Source of the DNA: Chloroflexota bacterium
GTDB taxonomy: Bacteria > Chloroflexota > Dehalococcoidia > Lucifugimonadales > QGNO01
Direction of reading: 5' to 3'
Assembly (NCBI GenBank): GCA_003228195.2
Contig: QGNO01000004.1
Coordinates: forward strand, 1,267-65,266
DNA: 64,000 nucleotides
Positions 29,254-40,173 of this stretch are shown piece after piece. The stretch's first letter is position 1; every line of letters starts with the position of its first letter. The translations under genes and the position numbers were made by a program. The notes beneath the pieces were generated by a model, which ran no database searches, had not been told where the DNA came from, and worked only from the letters and a program-made list of their open reading frames with translations.

Positions 29254-29925
29254 TTATTCCTCCAAAACAGCCCCGAAGGTGAACGCGGCTAGAACCAAGA
29301 ATATCACATCAAACGCCGCAAGCAACTGTACCCACCGCTCAATCCCAACTGGAGACCCTTCTAAAATGGATCTTGTCCCTTCAACAGCGGCGACAATTAT
29401 TGGAACGGACACTGGTAGTAATAATATTGGCAACATAACTTCTCTAGATCTTGTGTTAACACATATTGCAGAAAAAAGAGTGCCTACAGCTGCGAACCCT
29501 ATAGTAGTCAAGATCACTATCACTGGAATACCAACATCCAAAATCGACACATTATAAAGTACAGCGTACAAAGGAACGATAAATATCTCAGCCGAAATCA
29601 TAAAAAGAAACAATCCCAAGAATTTCCCAAAATAAATCACATCACGCGTAACCGGGCACAGAAGTAGTCCGTCTAAATTACCTTTATCCTTCTCAAGTAC
29701 TAATGACCGGTTAAAACCTAGAACTCCTGCAAAAGTTATGGAAACCCACAACGTGCCTGGCAATATCAATACAACGTTCTGCTTAGTTGGCACGAAAACG
29801 AAACTGAATATTACCCCCATCAATAATGCAAATATCAAAATAGTAACGAATATATCCTTAGTCCTTAACTCAAGTATTATGTCCTTATATGCGATTTGGA
29901 GAATTGGAATCAAAAAATAGTTCAT
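29254..29925 (-). CDS. ccmB: Heme exporter CcmB
   Basis: KD..LELRTK, EKDKGNLDGLLL.P and REVMLPILLLP. Confidence 0.93.
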   Translation of the reverse strand: MNYFLIPILQIAYKDIILELRTKDIFVTILIFALLMGVIFSFVFVPTKQNVVLILPGTLWVSITFAGVLGFNRSLVLEKDKGNLDGLLLCPVTRDVIYFGKFLGLFLFMISAEIFIVPLYAVLYNVSILDVGIPVIVILTTIGFAAVGTLFSAICVNTRSREVMLPILLLPVSVPIIVAAVEGTRSILEGSPVGIERWVQLLAAFDVIFLVLAAFTFGAVLEE

Positions 29926-29931
29926 TATTTA

Positions 29932-30630
29932 CTACACACTATGCTGAGTCAGTATCTTCTTAAATTCTTGAACGTCCAAAGCATCTCTCCTCTCTTGATA
30001 TGCAATGCTTCCTCCTGAAATAATTCCTACACGATCAGCCAACCTAAATCCAAACTCGACATTATGGGTGGTCATTATTAAGCTAGACTTCACGCTTTTA
30101 ACTATGTTAACTAAAATTTCAATCGCTTCTTGGTCCAAGCCAGTTTCTGGCTCATCCATAATCAGTATTGACGGGCTATGAATCAGAGCCCGAGCCAAGG
30201 AGAAACGTTTCTGCATTCCGTGCGATAAGGTCCGCGTTCTTACATGCAACTTATCTGAAATCCCTATCATTTCAGCCAAATACATGATGCGTTCAGTCAA
30301 ATGGTCCACTCTAAACATCTTTCCAAAGAATCTTAGATTTTCGTAGCCAGTTAAATCGTCGTAAAGAAGATATTGATGAGTCAATACACCAATATTTTGT
30401 CTTACCCGAACTCCATGTTTTGGCAGTTCCATTCCATCGATCTCTATAAAGCCTGAAGTAGGCTTAATTAAAGTAGCAAGCATCCTAACCAACGTGGTCT
30501 TACCTGATCCGTTGGCACCAAACAATACTAACCTCTCACCAACATTCACGCTTAGATTTAAGTCGCGCAGTATTGGAGCCTCATCGTAAGACTTGGTAAC
30601 TGATTGAAGTCGTGCCGCTTGTTCTGTCAT
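29932..30630 (-). CDS. ccmA: Heme ABC exporter ATP-binding protein CcmA
   Basis: GANGSGKTT, LSHGMQKR and MDEPETGLD; first gene of ccmABCD. Confidence 0.9.
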   Translation of the reverse strand: MTEQAARLQSVTKSYDEAPILRDLNLSVNVGERLVLFGANGSGKTTLVRMLATLIKPTSGFIEIDGMELPKHGVRVRQNIGVLTHQYLLYDDLTGYENLRFFGKMFRVDHLTERIMYLAEMIGISDKLHVRTRTLSHGMQKRFSLARALIHSPSILIMDEPETGLDQEAIEILVNIVKSVKSSLIMTTHNVEFGFRLADRVGIISGGSIAYQERRDALDVQEFKKILTQHSV

Positions 30631-30682
30631 GTTGACTAAAATATAAACTACTCAGGGTATTAGCCACAACTAAACTTTACAC

Positions 30683-31333
30683 GTGTTGACAATAAAAGGT
30701 ATCTTTACATACAAGAATGTGAGGTCAATTGTGCTTAGAAAATTAGGTAAATCAACTGTTGTGCCAAATAATCTAAACTCGGATATTCCGCCTGGTCAAT
30801 CCGTTACGCAGAAATTTCCTATATTAACTTACGGCCAAACCCCCGAAGTAAGCCAAGATACATGGGCCTTTAGGGCGTTTGGTTCGGTCACTGAAGAGCT
30901 AGAAATAGATTTCAAGACCCTGCTTTCAATGACTCAAACACAGTTAACCAGGGACTTCCACTGTGTCACTCAATGGAGCAATCTCGACAATCTGTGGGAA
31001 GGTGTGCAATTTAGGGAGATCCTGAATCTTATAAAGTTCAAGCCAGAAGCCAGACACGTTATGGTGCACTGTTACGGTGGCTACAGCACTAACTTAACAA
31101 TCGACACGCTTATGGAGAGTGACGTGCTGCTTGCTCACAAGCACAATGGTGAAGTACTCACCCCAGAACATGGTAGTCCGGTAAGACTCCTAGTGCCTTC
31201 CAGATACGGCTGGAAAAGCGCTAAGTGGGTTAGTGGAGTAGAGTTTATGTGTATCGCCCAACCTGGATTTTGGGAAAAATTAGGCTATCACAACAACGGA
31301 GATCCTTGGAAAGAACAACGCTACCAATTGTGA
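30683..31333 (+). CDS. Sulfite-oxidase-like molybdopterin oxidoreductase (YuiH-like)
   Basis: PPGQ, DFHCVT.WS, EHG.PVRL, YGWKSAKW and GFWE..GYH..GDPW; the true start is probably slightly downstream. Confidence 0.9.
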   Translation: MLTIKGIFTYKNVRSIVLRKLGKSTVVPNNLNSDIPPGQSVTQKFPILTYGQTPEVSQDTWAFRAFGSVTEELEIDFKTLLSMTQTQLTRDFHCVTQWSNLDNLWEGVQFREILNLIKFKPEARHVMVHCYGGYSTNLTIDTLMESDVLLAHKHNGEVLTPEHGSPVRLLVPSRYGWKSAKWVSGVEFMCIAQPGFWEKLGYHNNGDPWKEQRYQL

Positions 31334-31335
31334 TG

Positions 31336-31356
31336 CTTGAGTCTCATCTAATCAAG
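31336..31356. promoter_or_regulatory. HAIR operator (HspR binding site)
   Basis: CTTGAGT-CTCATCT-AATCAAG versus consensus CTTGAGT-N7-ACTCAAG (1 mismatch), upstream of hspR-grpE-dnaK. Confidence 0.8.
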
Positions 31357-31439
31357 ACGACCCTAAAGATGAAACCTCGACTCCATTCAACAGATTCGAT
31401 CGAATAGTAGTGGGCCAAGCGATGCTTCGGAGCAACACA

Positions 31440-31467
31440 TTGACATGCCTCGTATCAACTTTTATAA
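31440..31467 (+). promoter_or_regulatory. Consensus sigma70 promoter of the hspR-grpE-dnaK operon
   Basis: TTGACA-N16-TATAAT. Confidence 0.75.
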
Positions 31468-31510
31468 TACGCTAGGTAGCCAATAGGTTTATTTTCCTCA
31501 ATAGCACACA

Positions 31511-32020
31511 ATGCGAAACCAATTCAGAAAACATGTGGCCCTTAGAGAGAATGGACAAGAGCAGGTTAATAGTTTTATCCCGCCTGAATTTCCCGGAAGG
31601 ACAATTCCGCAGGACAGAAATAATGATCAGTCTGTATTTTCAGATGAAGAAAATAAAGGGTCGTATGAAGGTTTGTACATAATCAGCGTCGCAGCGCGAT
31701 TGCTCGAAATGCACCCTCAAACCCTTCGTAAATACGAAAGGGCTGGACTCATAAGCCCGCCCAGAACTATTGGGAAACTTAGACTATATTCTAAGCAAGA
31801 TATTGTAAGGCTGAGGTTTATAAAGCACCTTGTAGATGACCTGCGGATGAATCTAGCGGGGGTCGACCTAGTACTTGAATTATTAGGGCATATGATACAG
31901 GCTAGGGAAAAAATTATAACTGTAGAGATAGAAACAGGCCTAAAGACTATGATAGCCCGAGAATTTGACCGGTTACTCCAAATACTCAACATCAATACTT
32001 CCAACCAGGAATATCCTTAA
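31511..32020 (+). CDS. hspR: Heat-shock repressor HspR (MerR family)
   Basis: [33 protein letters not shown] and NLAGV; adjacent to grpE-dnaK. Confidence 0.88.
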   Translation: MRNQFRKHVALRENGQEQVNSFIPPEFPGRTIPQDRNNDQSVFSDEENKGSYEGLYIISVAARLLEMHPQTLRKYERAGLISPPRTIGKLRLYSKQDIVRLRFIKHLVDDLRMNLAGVDLVLELLGHMIQAREKIITVEIETGLKTMIAREFDRLLQILNINTSNQEYP

Positions 32021-32052
32021 GCCAAGTGATAATCCTTTTAGGAGACAATAAC

Positions 32053-32589
32053 ATGCCAAAAAAACCGAAGAAACTCACGGAAAACGTTGATCTCACTCTC
32101 TCTGAAATCACAGAGCTAACCGCCAAATTAGAAGAAAGAGACAGGGAATGCGGTCAGTTTCGAGAAATGGCACAGCGCGCCCAAGCAGACCTGGAAAATT
32201 ACAAAAAGAAAATCGCTGATGAAATGCAGGCTGTATCTCAATCGACTACATCCCGTATTCTGACCAAATTGTTACCCATTTTGGACGACTTACAAAGAGC
32301 ATTTGAGCAAGACAATAAAGATAAAGCAACAAACGAATGGATCAATGGCATTCAACTGATAGAGAGGAATATTTACAGCCTCATGGAATCGGAGGGAGTA
32401 ACATTAATCGATCCCAAAGGGTTACCCTTTGACCCATGGCAACATGAAGGAGTCATCTCATTAGAAAGTGACGAGTTCGAGCCAGGAACTGTAGTTGAGG
32501 TAATAAGGAAAGGATACAAATTGCACAACAAGGTGTTGAGAGCCGCACAAGTAGGCATAGCCAAGGACCCTGTGCCGGAAGAGGACTAG
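32053..32589 (+). CDS. grpE: Nucleotide exchange factor GrpE
   Basis: RAQADLENYKK, LLPILDDL.RA, FDP..HE and GYKLH.KVLRAAQV. Confidence 0.95.
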   Translation: MPKKPKKLTENVDLTLSEITELTAKLEERDRECGQFREMAQRAQADLENYKKKIADEMQAVSQSTTSRILTKLLPILDDLQRAFEQDNKDKATNEWINGIQLIERNIYSLMESEGVTLIDPKGLPFDPWQHEGVISLESDEFEPGTVVEVIRKGYKLHNKVLRAAQVGIAKDPVPEED

Positions 32590-32634
32590 CCCATATAAGT
32601 TGCGCTACAAACACCACTAAAATGGAGGATAAGA

Positions 32635-34545
32635 ATGGCGAAAGTAATAGGAATAGATCTTGGAACAACCAATTCCGCTATGGCTGTAATGGAGGCTGGA
32701 GAACCAGAGGTCATTGAAAACATGGAGGGTGCCCGCACCACTCCATCTACCATTGGCCTCAACACTAAGACCGATGAGCGATATGTTGGGCAGGCAGCAA
32801 AGAGACAAGCGGTAACCAATCCGGATAATACCATTTTCTCTATAAAAAGATTCATGGGTCGGAAGTTCGATGAAGTTTCAAAAGAAATAAAGCTCACCCC
32901 ATACAAGGTAGTCAAAGAAAAGGGAGGCGATGCCCATGTGCAATTTGGTGACAAGGCAATGTCGCCACCTGAACTTTCAGCAATGATACTTCGAAAGCTT
33001 AAAGAGGATGCCGAAACTAAGCTGGGAGAACCTGTAACACAAGCAGTGATAACCGTTCCTGCCTATTTCAACGATAGCCAACGCAATGCAACCAAAGATG
33101 CTGGGAGAATAGCTGGCTTAGAAGTATTGAGAATCATCAACGAGCCTACAGCGGCATCATTAGCCTATGGATTGGACAAAAAAGGCGATCAAACCATAGC
33201 TGTTTATGATCTTGGAGGAGGCACTTTCGACGTGTCCATACTCCAAATAGGTGAAGGCGTTTTTGAAGTTAAATCAACAAACGGAGACACTCAACTGGGT
33301 GGCGACGATTTTGATCAAAGAATCATGAACTGGATTGTTAGTGAATTTAAAAAAGACCAAGGAATTGACTTAACAGAGGATCGGATGGCACTTCAAAGAC
33401 TGAAGGAAGCCGCAGAGAAGTCAAAAATTGAGCTGTCAAACGTCATGCAAACTGAAATAAATTTACCCTTCATTACAGCGGATGCCTCAGGGCCCAAACA
33501 CTTAAACATGACTCTTTCTCGCTCAAAACTGGAACAACAAATTAGTGATCTAGTTGAGCGCACTGCAGCACCATGCAAACAGGCACTGAAAGATGCTGGC
33601 TTTACAGCAAAAGACATAAATGAAGTGATACTGGTGGGAGGCATGACTCGCATGCCGGTCGTTCAGGAGAAAGTTAAGGAACTTTTTGGAAAGGACCCAC
33701 ATAAGGGGGTTAATCCAGACGAGGTAGTGGCCTTGGGAGCAGCCATACAAGCGGGAGTGCTGAAGGGAGATGTACGTGATATTCTCCTCTTGGATGTCAC
33801 TTCTCTAACACTTGGCATAGAAACACTCGGTGGTGTTTCCACTACACTCATACCTAGGAATACCACCATACCCACTTCAAAGAGTGAGACTTTCACCACT
33901 GCAGCCGACAACCAAAGTTCAGTCGAAGTACACGTCCTGCAAGGCGAACGCACTATGGCTACAGAAAACAAGTCGATAGGAAGATTCATGCTCGACGGAA
34001 TCCTCCCAGCACCGCGTGGAGTGCCTCAAGTAGAAGTCACATTCGACATCGATGCGAACGGTATATTGAACGTTTCAGCTAAAGACCGTGGAACCGGCAA
34101 AGAACAAAGCATCACGATTGCAGCTAGTTCAGGTTTGGATAAGGATGAGGTAGAAAAACTCGTGCAGGAAGCGGAGGCAAATGCCGAGGAAGATAAAAAA
34201 CGTAGAGAAGAAATAGGAACGCGCAATGCAGCCGACAGCCTCGTATACAATGCAGACAAAATGTTGAGCGAAAACAAGGATAAAATCCCAGAAGATCTGC
34301 AAAAAGAGGTCAGCCTCAAGATAGAGACTCTGCGCACCGCATTATCTTCAGGTTCCGATATTGATTCAATTAGCCTAGCACTAAACGATCTCCAAGAATC
34401 GCTGCAAAAAATGGGGGCCGCAGTGTACAGCCAACAGCCTGAGCCTGAGCCTGAGCCTGAGTCAGATTCAACAACAGAATCTGAAACAAAAGACGATACA
34501 GATACACCTGATGACACAGTAGAGGGCGAATTTCGGGAAGTCTAA
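32635..34545 (+). CDS. dnaK: Molecular chaperone DnaK
   Basis: [17 protein letters not shown] and DLGGGTFD. Confidence 0.99.
   Translation: MAKVIGIDLGTTNSAMAVMEAGEPEVIENMEGARTTPSTIGLNTKTDERYVGQAAKRQAVTNPDNTIFSIKRFMGRKFDEVSKEIKLTPYKVVKEKGGDAHVQFGDKAMSPPELSAMILRKLKEDAETKLGEPVTQAVITVPAYFNDSQRNATKDAGRIAGLEVLRIINEPTAASLAYGLDKKGDQTIAVYDLGGGTFDVSILQIGEGVFEVKSTNGDTQLGGDDFDQRIMNWIVSEFKKDQGIDLTEDRMALQRLKEAAEKSKIELSNVMQTEINLPFITADASGPKHLNMTLSRSKLEQQISDLVERTAAPCKQALKDAGFTAKDINEVILVGGMTRMPVVQEKVKELFGKDPHKGVNPDEVVALGAAIQAGVLKGDVRDILLLDVTSLTLGIETLGGVSTTLIPRNTTIPTSKSETFTTAADNQSSVEVHVLQGERTMATENKSIGRFMLDGILPAPRGVPQVEVTFDIDANGILNVSAKDRGTGKEQSITIAASSGLDKDEVEKLVQEAEANAEEDKKRREEIGTRNAADSLVYNADKMLSENKDKIPEDLQKEVSLKIETLRTALSSGSDIDSISLALNDLQESLQKMGAAVYSQQPEPEPEPESDSTTESETKDDTDTPDDTVEGEFREV
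34438..34461 (+). repeat. CCTGAG x4 microsatellite encoding (PE)4 in the DnaK tail
   Basis: Read directly from the sequence. Confidence 0.85.
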
Positions 34546-34886
34546 AGATTTAGACAAATTCAACAATAGTAGCTGAAATTCATGGTGGAACAAATTACCT
34601 CAATCAAATTATAGATATCCCATATCATTCTTTTGAACGGAACGGAAAACTGATTTATGATACGGAACCAGACAAATGGGGGGCAGCCGCACTCAGCCTG
34701 ATGGTTGCACATGGCATGATAACTAAACAGTCGATCTTGGATGAAAGTCTTTTTCACGAATGCGCAAGAGAGCTAGTTTTCGGCAACAGCAACCCAAATA
34801 TGCAGCATATCAAAGACTCTTGGCATTTGACCGAGAATAACGAACACAATTATAAATTTAAAGCACAGGCGCTAAGAATTAGTTAA

Positions 34887-36011
34887 CTACATATGATAGG
34901 GAAATATTGTTTTCTTAACGGCTTCAACACTTATTTCTGCAAATTGCCTGGTCGCTTCAACCACTTTAACAGGAAGTTCAGGAGTGAACACGTCTCTTAA
35001 TTTTTCTATGCCGAGATGGTCTTTTTGCGATTCCGGCAAATGGTCCGATAAGCATTGATCGGACATTACACCATATGCCAAAGACCAACACCTAGCAACT
35101 GCAGACAAATTGTAACCTCCACCACCCAACGCTATCCAAGGCAAGCCTTGTGCAATTGTTTTTATTGATTGAATTATCGACACAAATCCCTCACTAGTTA
35201 GATATAAATGGGTCAACGGATCGCCGTGATGCGTATCTATTCCCATCTGCGTCACAACACAATCGGGTGCAAAGGCATTAATCAAAGGTGGCACTACATT
35301 CTCAAAAGCCCAATTGTAAACCTCATCGCCCGTATATGGTGCTAATGGAAGATTGACAGAATAACCTTCCCCGCTACCTATCCCCTTTTCATCTACTGAA
35401 CCGGTGCCTGGAAAAAGACTTTGGCCAGATTCATGCAATGAGATTGTCAATACGGAATCATTATCGTAGAAACTATGCTGTACTCCATCTCCGTGATGGG
35501 CATCTATGTCAAGGTATGCGACCCGCAATCCTTTATTCAAAAGAGTGTTTATAACTATTGCCGGATCATTGAATATACAGAAGCCGGATGCCGAGGCTGG
35601 CATTGCATGATGGAGGCCCCCAGAGATACTAAACGCTACATCTACATTGCCTGATAACGCCAAGTCTGCAGCCATCAGTGAGGCTCCAGTCGAGAGTAAG
35701 GCAGCTTCATACATTCCCTCATATATCGGATTGTCGCCAGCCGTTGAAAACCCGAATACAGTCGCATTTTCCACAGCAGCCCCTAAACTTAAGCTCTTTA
35801 CCATGTTCAGATAATCACACGTATGACTAGAAAGTATCTCTTCATCAGTTGCCCCACTTGGTTTGATCACATTTGAATATCTGCTTGAAAATGCTCCCAA
35901 CGCATCTAATAGATCATGCGTCCATTTCAACCTAATCGGGCGCATGGGATGACCATCTCTTAGCACATGCTTAGAAAGTTCCTCAGAGTATATAAAAGCT
36001 GCCCTTGCCAA
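34887..36011 (-). CDS. acuC: AcuC / histone-deacetylase family lysine deacetylase
   Basis: HPMRP.R, GGLHHA, GFCIFND, DIDAHHGDG, FPGTG and GGGGY. Confidence 0.92.
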   Translation of the reverse strand: MARAAFIYSEELSKHVLRDGHPMRPIRLKWTHDLLDALGAFSSRYSNVIKPSGATDEEILSSHTCDYLNMVKSLSLGAAVENATVFGFSTAGDNPIYEGMYEAALLSTGASLMAADLALSGNVDVAFSISGGLHHAMPASASGFCIFNDPAIVINTLLNKGLRVAYLDIDAHHGDGVQHSFYDNDSVLTISLHESGQSLFPGTGSVDEKGIGSGEGYSVNLPLAPYTGDEVYNWAFENVVPPLINAFAPDCVVTQMGIDTHHGDPLTHLYLTSEGFVSIIQSIKTIAQGLPWIALGGGGYNLSAVARCWSLAYGVMSDQCLSDHLPESQKDHLGIEKLRDVFTPELPVKVVEATRQFAEISVEAVKKTIFPYHM

Positions 36012-36059
36012 ATACTCCTCCAGATCCCATAAAACTTTTAAGATAACCCACCATTATCA

Positions 36060-36320
36060 TTACACACCAAATATAATCTCGACATCCGAATCAACAATCT
36101 GAATATCCCGGCGAGTAGTTTCTATATATGCCAGTGTACTTTCGAGAATTTGGTTGGCATATCGAACACTTATAGAAACAGATGCAAGGCCTAATACCAC
36201 TATCTTATGATCCTCAAGCGTATCCGCGAAACGTTAAACCTATCTTTAACCATCTTACATACAGATTAAGCCACACTGCGCTTACCTTTAAGGCTGCTAT
36301 TATCAGGCAGCCTGGTCCAT
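36060..36320 (-). pseudogene. Decayed DUF503 (YlxP-like) gene
   Basis: Manual translation RLPDNSSLKGKRSVA*SVCKMVKDRFNVS, then after a frameshift ..VVLGLASVS..VRYANQILESTLAYIE...IVDSDVEII; one stop and one frameshift. Confidence 0.75.
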
Positions 36321-36421
36321 ATTTTTGCTGAATCGAAAATCATTATATAAATTCATTCACAGTAATAAGTTTAGTCATTATATCAGCCACATTTTATATC
36401 TCAGCTCACATCTTGGAATTC

Positions 36422-36450
36422 TTGACGGTGTTTGTGTAAGGCACTACAAT
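36422..36450 (+). promoter_or_regulatory. Sigma70-type promoter for rex
   Basis: TTGACG-N17-TACAAT. Confidence 0.55.
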
Positions 36451-36543
36451 CAAGATAATTCCCAAATTAAAAAAAGTAATGCACAACGGCTTAGATCCCA
36501 GCCAGTTCACGCGAATGTAGCTTTAAGTTTACCTGATAGGCTA

Positions 36544-37206
36544 ATGACCGCCATGAAAGGATCTGTTAAAGACAGCACCTATACCGAGGTTCCTGAGGTA
36601 GTAATTATACGTCTACCTCAATACCTTCGAACACTAACTCGCTTACGCAACCAAGGCATAGATGTGGTCAGCTCTCGTCAATTAGGTGATCTTATCCAAA
36701 TGACACCTGCCCAAATTCGGAAGGACTTAAGTTACTTCGGTAGATTTGGCAAACAGGGGCGAGGATACACGATATCAGGCCTTATCAAGCAACTCAGAAC
36801 TATTCTGGCTCTTAACGAGGAGTGGAAGGTTGGATTAGTAGGCATTGGCCGGCTAGGTAGAGCCATTCTAAGCTATCCAGGTTTTTCCTCTGAGGGATTC
36901 AAAATTGTCGCGGCCTTTGACAGCGAACCAAGTCAAGTCGGACAAATGGTGGGTGGCATAATGATTCAACCAATGCATAAGCTGGCTGAAATAATCTCTG
37001 CTGAAGGAATCCAAATCTGCATTACAGCCGTTCCGGCTGACTTTGCTCAATCTGTGATCGACGAACTAATAAGCTCTGGGGTAAAATCCATAGTCAACTA
37101 CGCCCCAGTGGGAATTCAGGTTCCAGACGATATTAAGCTACGAAACATCGACCCAGTAATTGCACTACAGTCTATGACTTATTACATAAAAAAGGGTTGC
37201 GTTTAA
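36544..37206 (+). CDS. rex: Redox-sensing transcriptional repressor Rex
   Basis: RLPQYLR, QIRKDLSYFG.FGKQGRGY and VGIGRLG.A; start moved to an internal ATG. Confidence 0.95.
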   Translation: MTAMKGSVKDSTYTEVPEVVIIRLPQYLRTLTRLRNQGIDVVSSRQLGDLIQMTPAQIRKDLSYFGRFGKQGRGYTISGLIKQLRTILALNEEWKVGLVGIGRLGRAILSYPGFSSEGFKIVAAFDSEPSQVGQMVGGIMIQPMHKLAEIISAEGIQICITAVPADFAQSVIDELISSGVKSIVNYAPVGIQVPDDIKLRNIDPVIALQSMTYYIKKGCV

Positions 37207-37622
37207 GAGGAAGGATCGCCACGATGCCTTCTCTTCCTGACTAAATCAATCCTGATCTTGGATCGTTTCATAGAGGCAACAGCCCTTTGTAGATCTACAC
37301 CTTCGTCAGTACCACTTATTCGCTCTTCAGCCCTCTTGAGAGCTTCCTCCGCACGTTGTTCGTCAATCTCGTCAGACCGTTCAATTGTATCTGCCAAGAC
37401 TGTAACGTCGTTAGACATAACCTCTAGAAATCCGCCACTAACTGCAAGGCACAGGTCTTCCTGATCTGCTATTCGAAGCCGTAGTTCTCCAGGCTGAAGT
37501 ACGGTCAATAAAGGCGCATGACGAGAAAGAACTCCCAATTCTCCTTCAACCCCAGGAGCGGAAATTGCATTCACTTCACCGGAATACACCGATCCTTCTG
37601 CCGTTACAATATCAAGCTGCAT
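37203..37622 (-). CDS. atpC: ATP synthase epsilon subunit
   Basis: GELGVL..HAPL, AVSGGFLEV and IDEQRAEEAL. Confidence 0.96.
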   Translation of the reverse strand: MQLDIVTAEGSVYSGEVNAISAPGVEGELGVLSRHAPLLTVLQPGELRLRIADQEDLCLAVSGGFLEVMSNDVTVLADTIERSDEIDEQRAEEALKRAEERISGTDEGVDLQRAVASMKRSKIRIDLVRKRRHRGDPSS

Positions 37623-37636
37623 ATCACCTATATCCT

Positions 37637-39052
<1,416 letters not shown>

Positions 39053-39078
39053 TCACTCCGTTGTATTAATACAGTTCC

Positions 39079-39948
39079 TTACCCTTCCAATGCGGCAACA
39101 CCGCCGACAATGTCGAGAAGTTCCTTAGTTATTGATTCTTGCCGCACCTTGTTTAACATCAAAGTGAGCGCGTCTATCATTTCGTTAGCGGAATCCGTAG
39201 CATTCTGCATTGCCACCATCCGAGCGGACTGCTCACTGGCCACAGACTCCAAAATAGCGTGGTAAATCTGCATTTCTACAAACCTGGGCAAAAGTTCACT
39301 CAACAGATCTGCACTACGGGGCTCATAAATGTATCCTGCTTTTTGACCTGGCTCAAGTTCTGCCGGCTCTACTGGCAAAAGCTTATGCATAACTGGGCGC
39401 TGAATAGCAGTGCTAACAAAATAACCATATGCAACATGGACCTCGTCCGCAAAACCGCTGGCATAATCCTCTATTGCTATATGACTTATTGGCAAGACCG
39501 ATTCCAGAGACGGACGATCGCCCATGTCCGAAAAGAATGCACGAAGATCATTTCCGGTCCTTGCAACAAAATCACGACCTTTCTTCCCTACCCCAACCAC
39601 ACTCACCGAGGCACTGCTGTCCAGAATGAACTGCCCCAACGATCTATTAAGATTGGAAGGCAAGCCTCCACAAAGCCCTCTATCAGGGGTTACATGGATT
39701 ACCTCAATACGCTTTACTTCTCTTTTGGTCAGTAAAGGATTAGTCTCTTCGGTATCGGTCGATTGTGCTGCAACATTAGCCAACACCGCTTGCATTTTCT
39801 CAGAGTAAGGCCTACCAGAAACGGATAGCTGTTGAGCCCGTCTCATCTTGGAGGCCGCAATCATCTGCATAGCCTTCGTAATTTTAGCCGTGTTCTGAAC
39901 GCTTCGAATGCGCCTCCTCAATGTTCTTACATTTGTTATGGTTGCCAT
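39079..39948 (-). CDS. atpG: ATP synthase gamma subunit
   Basis: KITKAMQMIAASK, DRGLCG, ASEQSARM.AM and RQESITKE. Confidence 0.98.
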   Translation of the reverse strand: MATITNVRTLRRRIRSVQNTAKITKAMQMIAASKMRRAQQLSVSGRPYSEKMQAVLANVAAQSTDTEETNPLLTKREVKRIEVIHVTPDRGLCGGLPSNLNRSLGQFILDSSASVSVVGVGKKGRDFVARTGNDLRAFFSDMGDRPSLESVLPISHIAIEDYASGFADEVHVAYGYFVSTAIQRPVMHKLLPVEPAELEPGQKAGYIYEPRSADLLSELLPRFVEMQIYHAILESVASEQSARMVAMQNATDSANEMIDALTLMLNKVRQESITKELLDIVGGVAALEG

Positions 39949-39950
39949 AA

Positions 39951-40166
39951 CTACCCTTGTCCCTCGTCTTCATATATCCAAGCTATATGGGCAACATTAA
40001 TGATCGTAGGTAACTTGTCCCCCTCGTCCTTAACTAGTAAACAATCGTCCGACCCGCCCAACAAAACGCCAGCAATTTCTTCTATAGAGCCTTCAGTATC
40101 TACGTCAGTTACTATTACCACGTTCTTATCCTTAAAGTACTTTGCAGATTCTTCTATTAAACTCAT
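39951..40166 (-). CDS. Uncharacterised small acidic protein inside the ATP synthase operon
   Basis: 71 aa; SD AGGAG overlaps the atpA stop; its stop lies 2 nt before the atpG start; beta-rich pattern. Confidence 0.8.
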   Translation of the reverse strand: MSLIEESAKYFKDKNVVIVTDVDTEGSIEEIAGVLLGGSDDCLLVKDEGDKLPTIINVAHIAWIYEDEGQG

Positions 40167-40173
40167 TTCTCTC

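Noticed and set aside
34560-34886. Gap after dnaK with short ORFs on both strands (possible dnaJ remnant)
   Set aside because: No J-domain HPD or other recognisable motif in the frames examined
36325-36543. Long N-terminal extension of the rex ORF
   Set aside because: The region contains a promoter-like element and lacks Rex similarity; the start is more likely at 36544-36553
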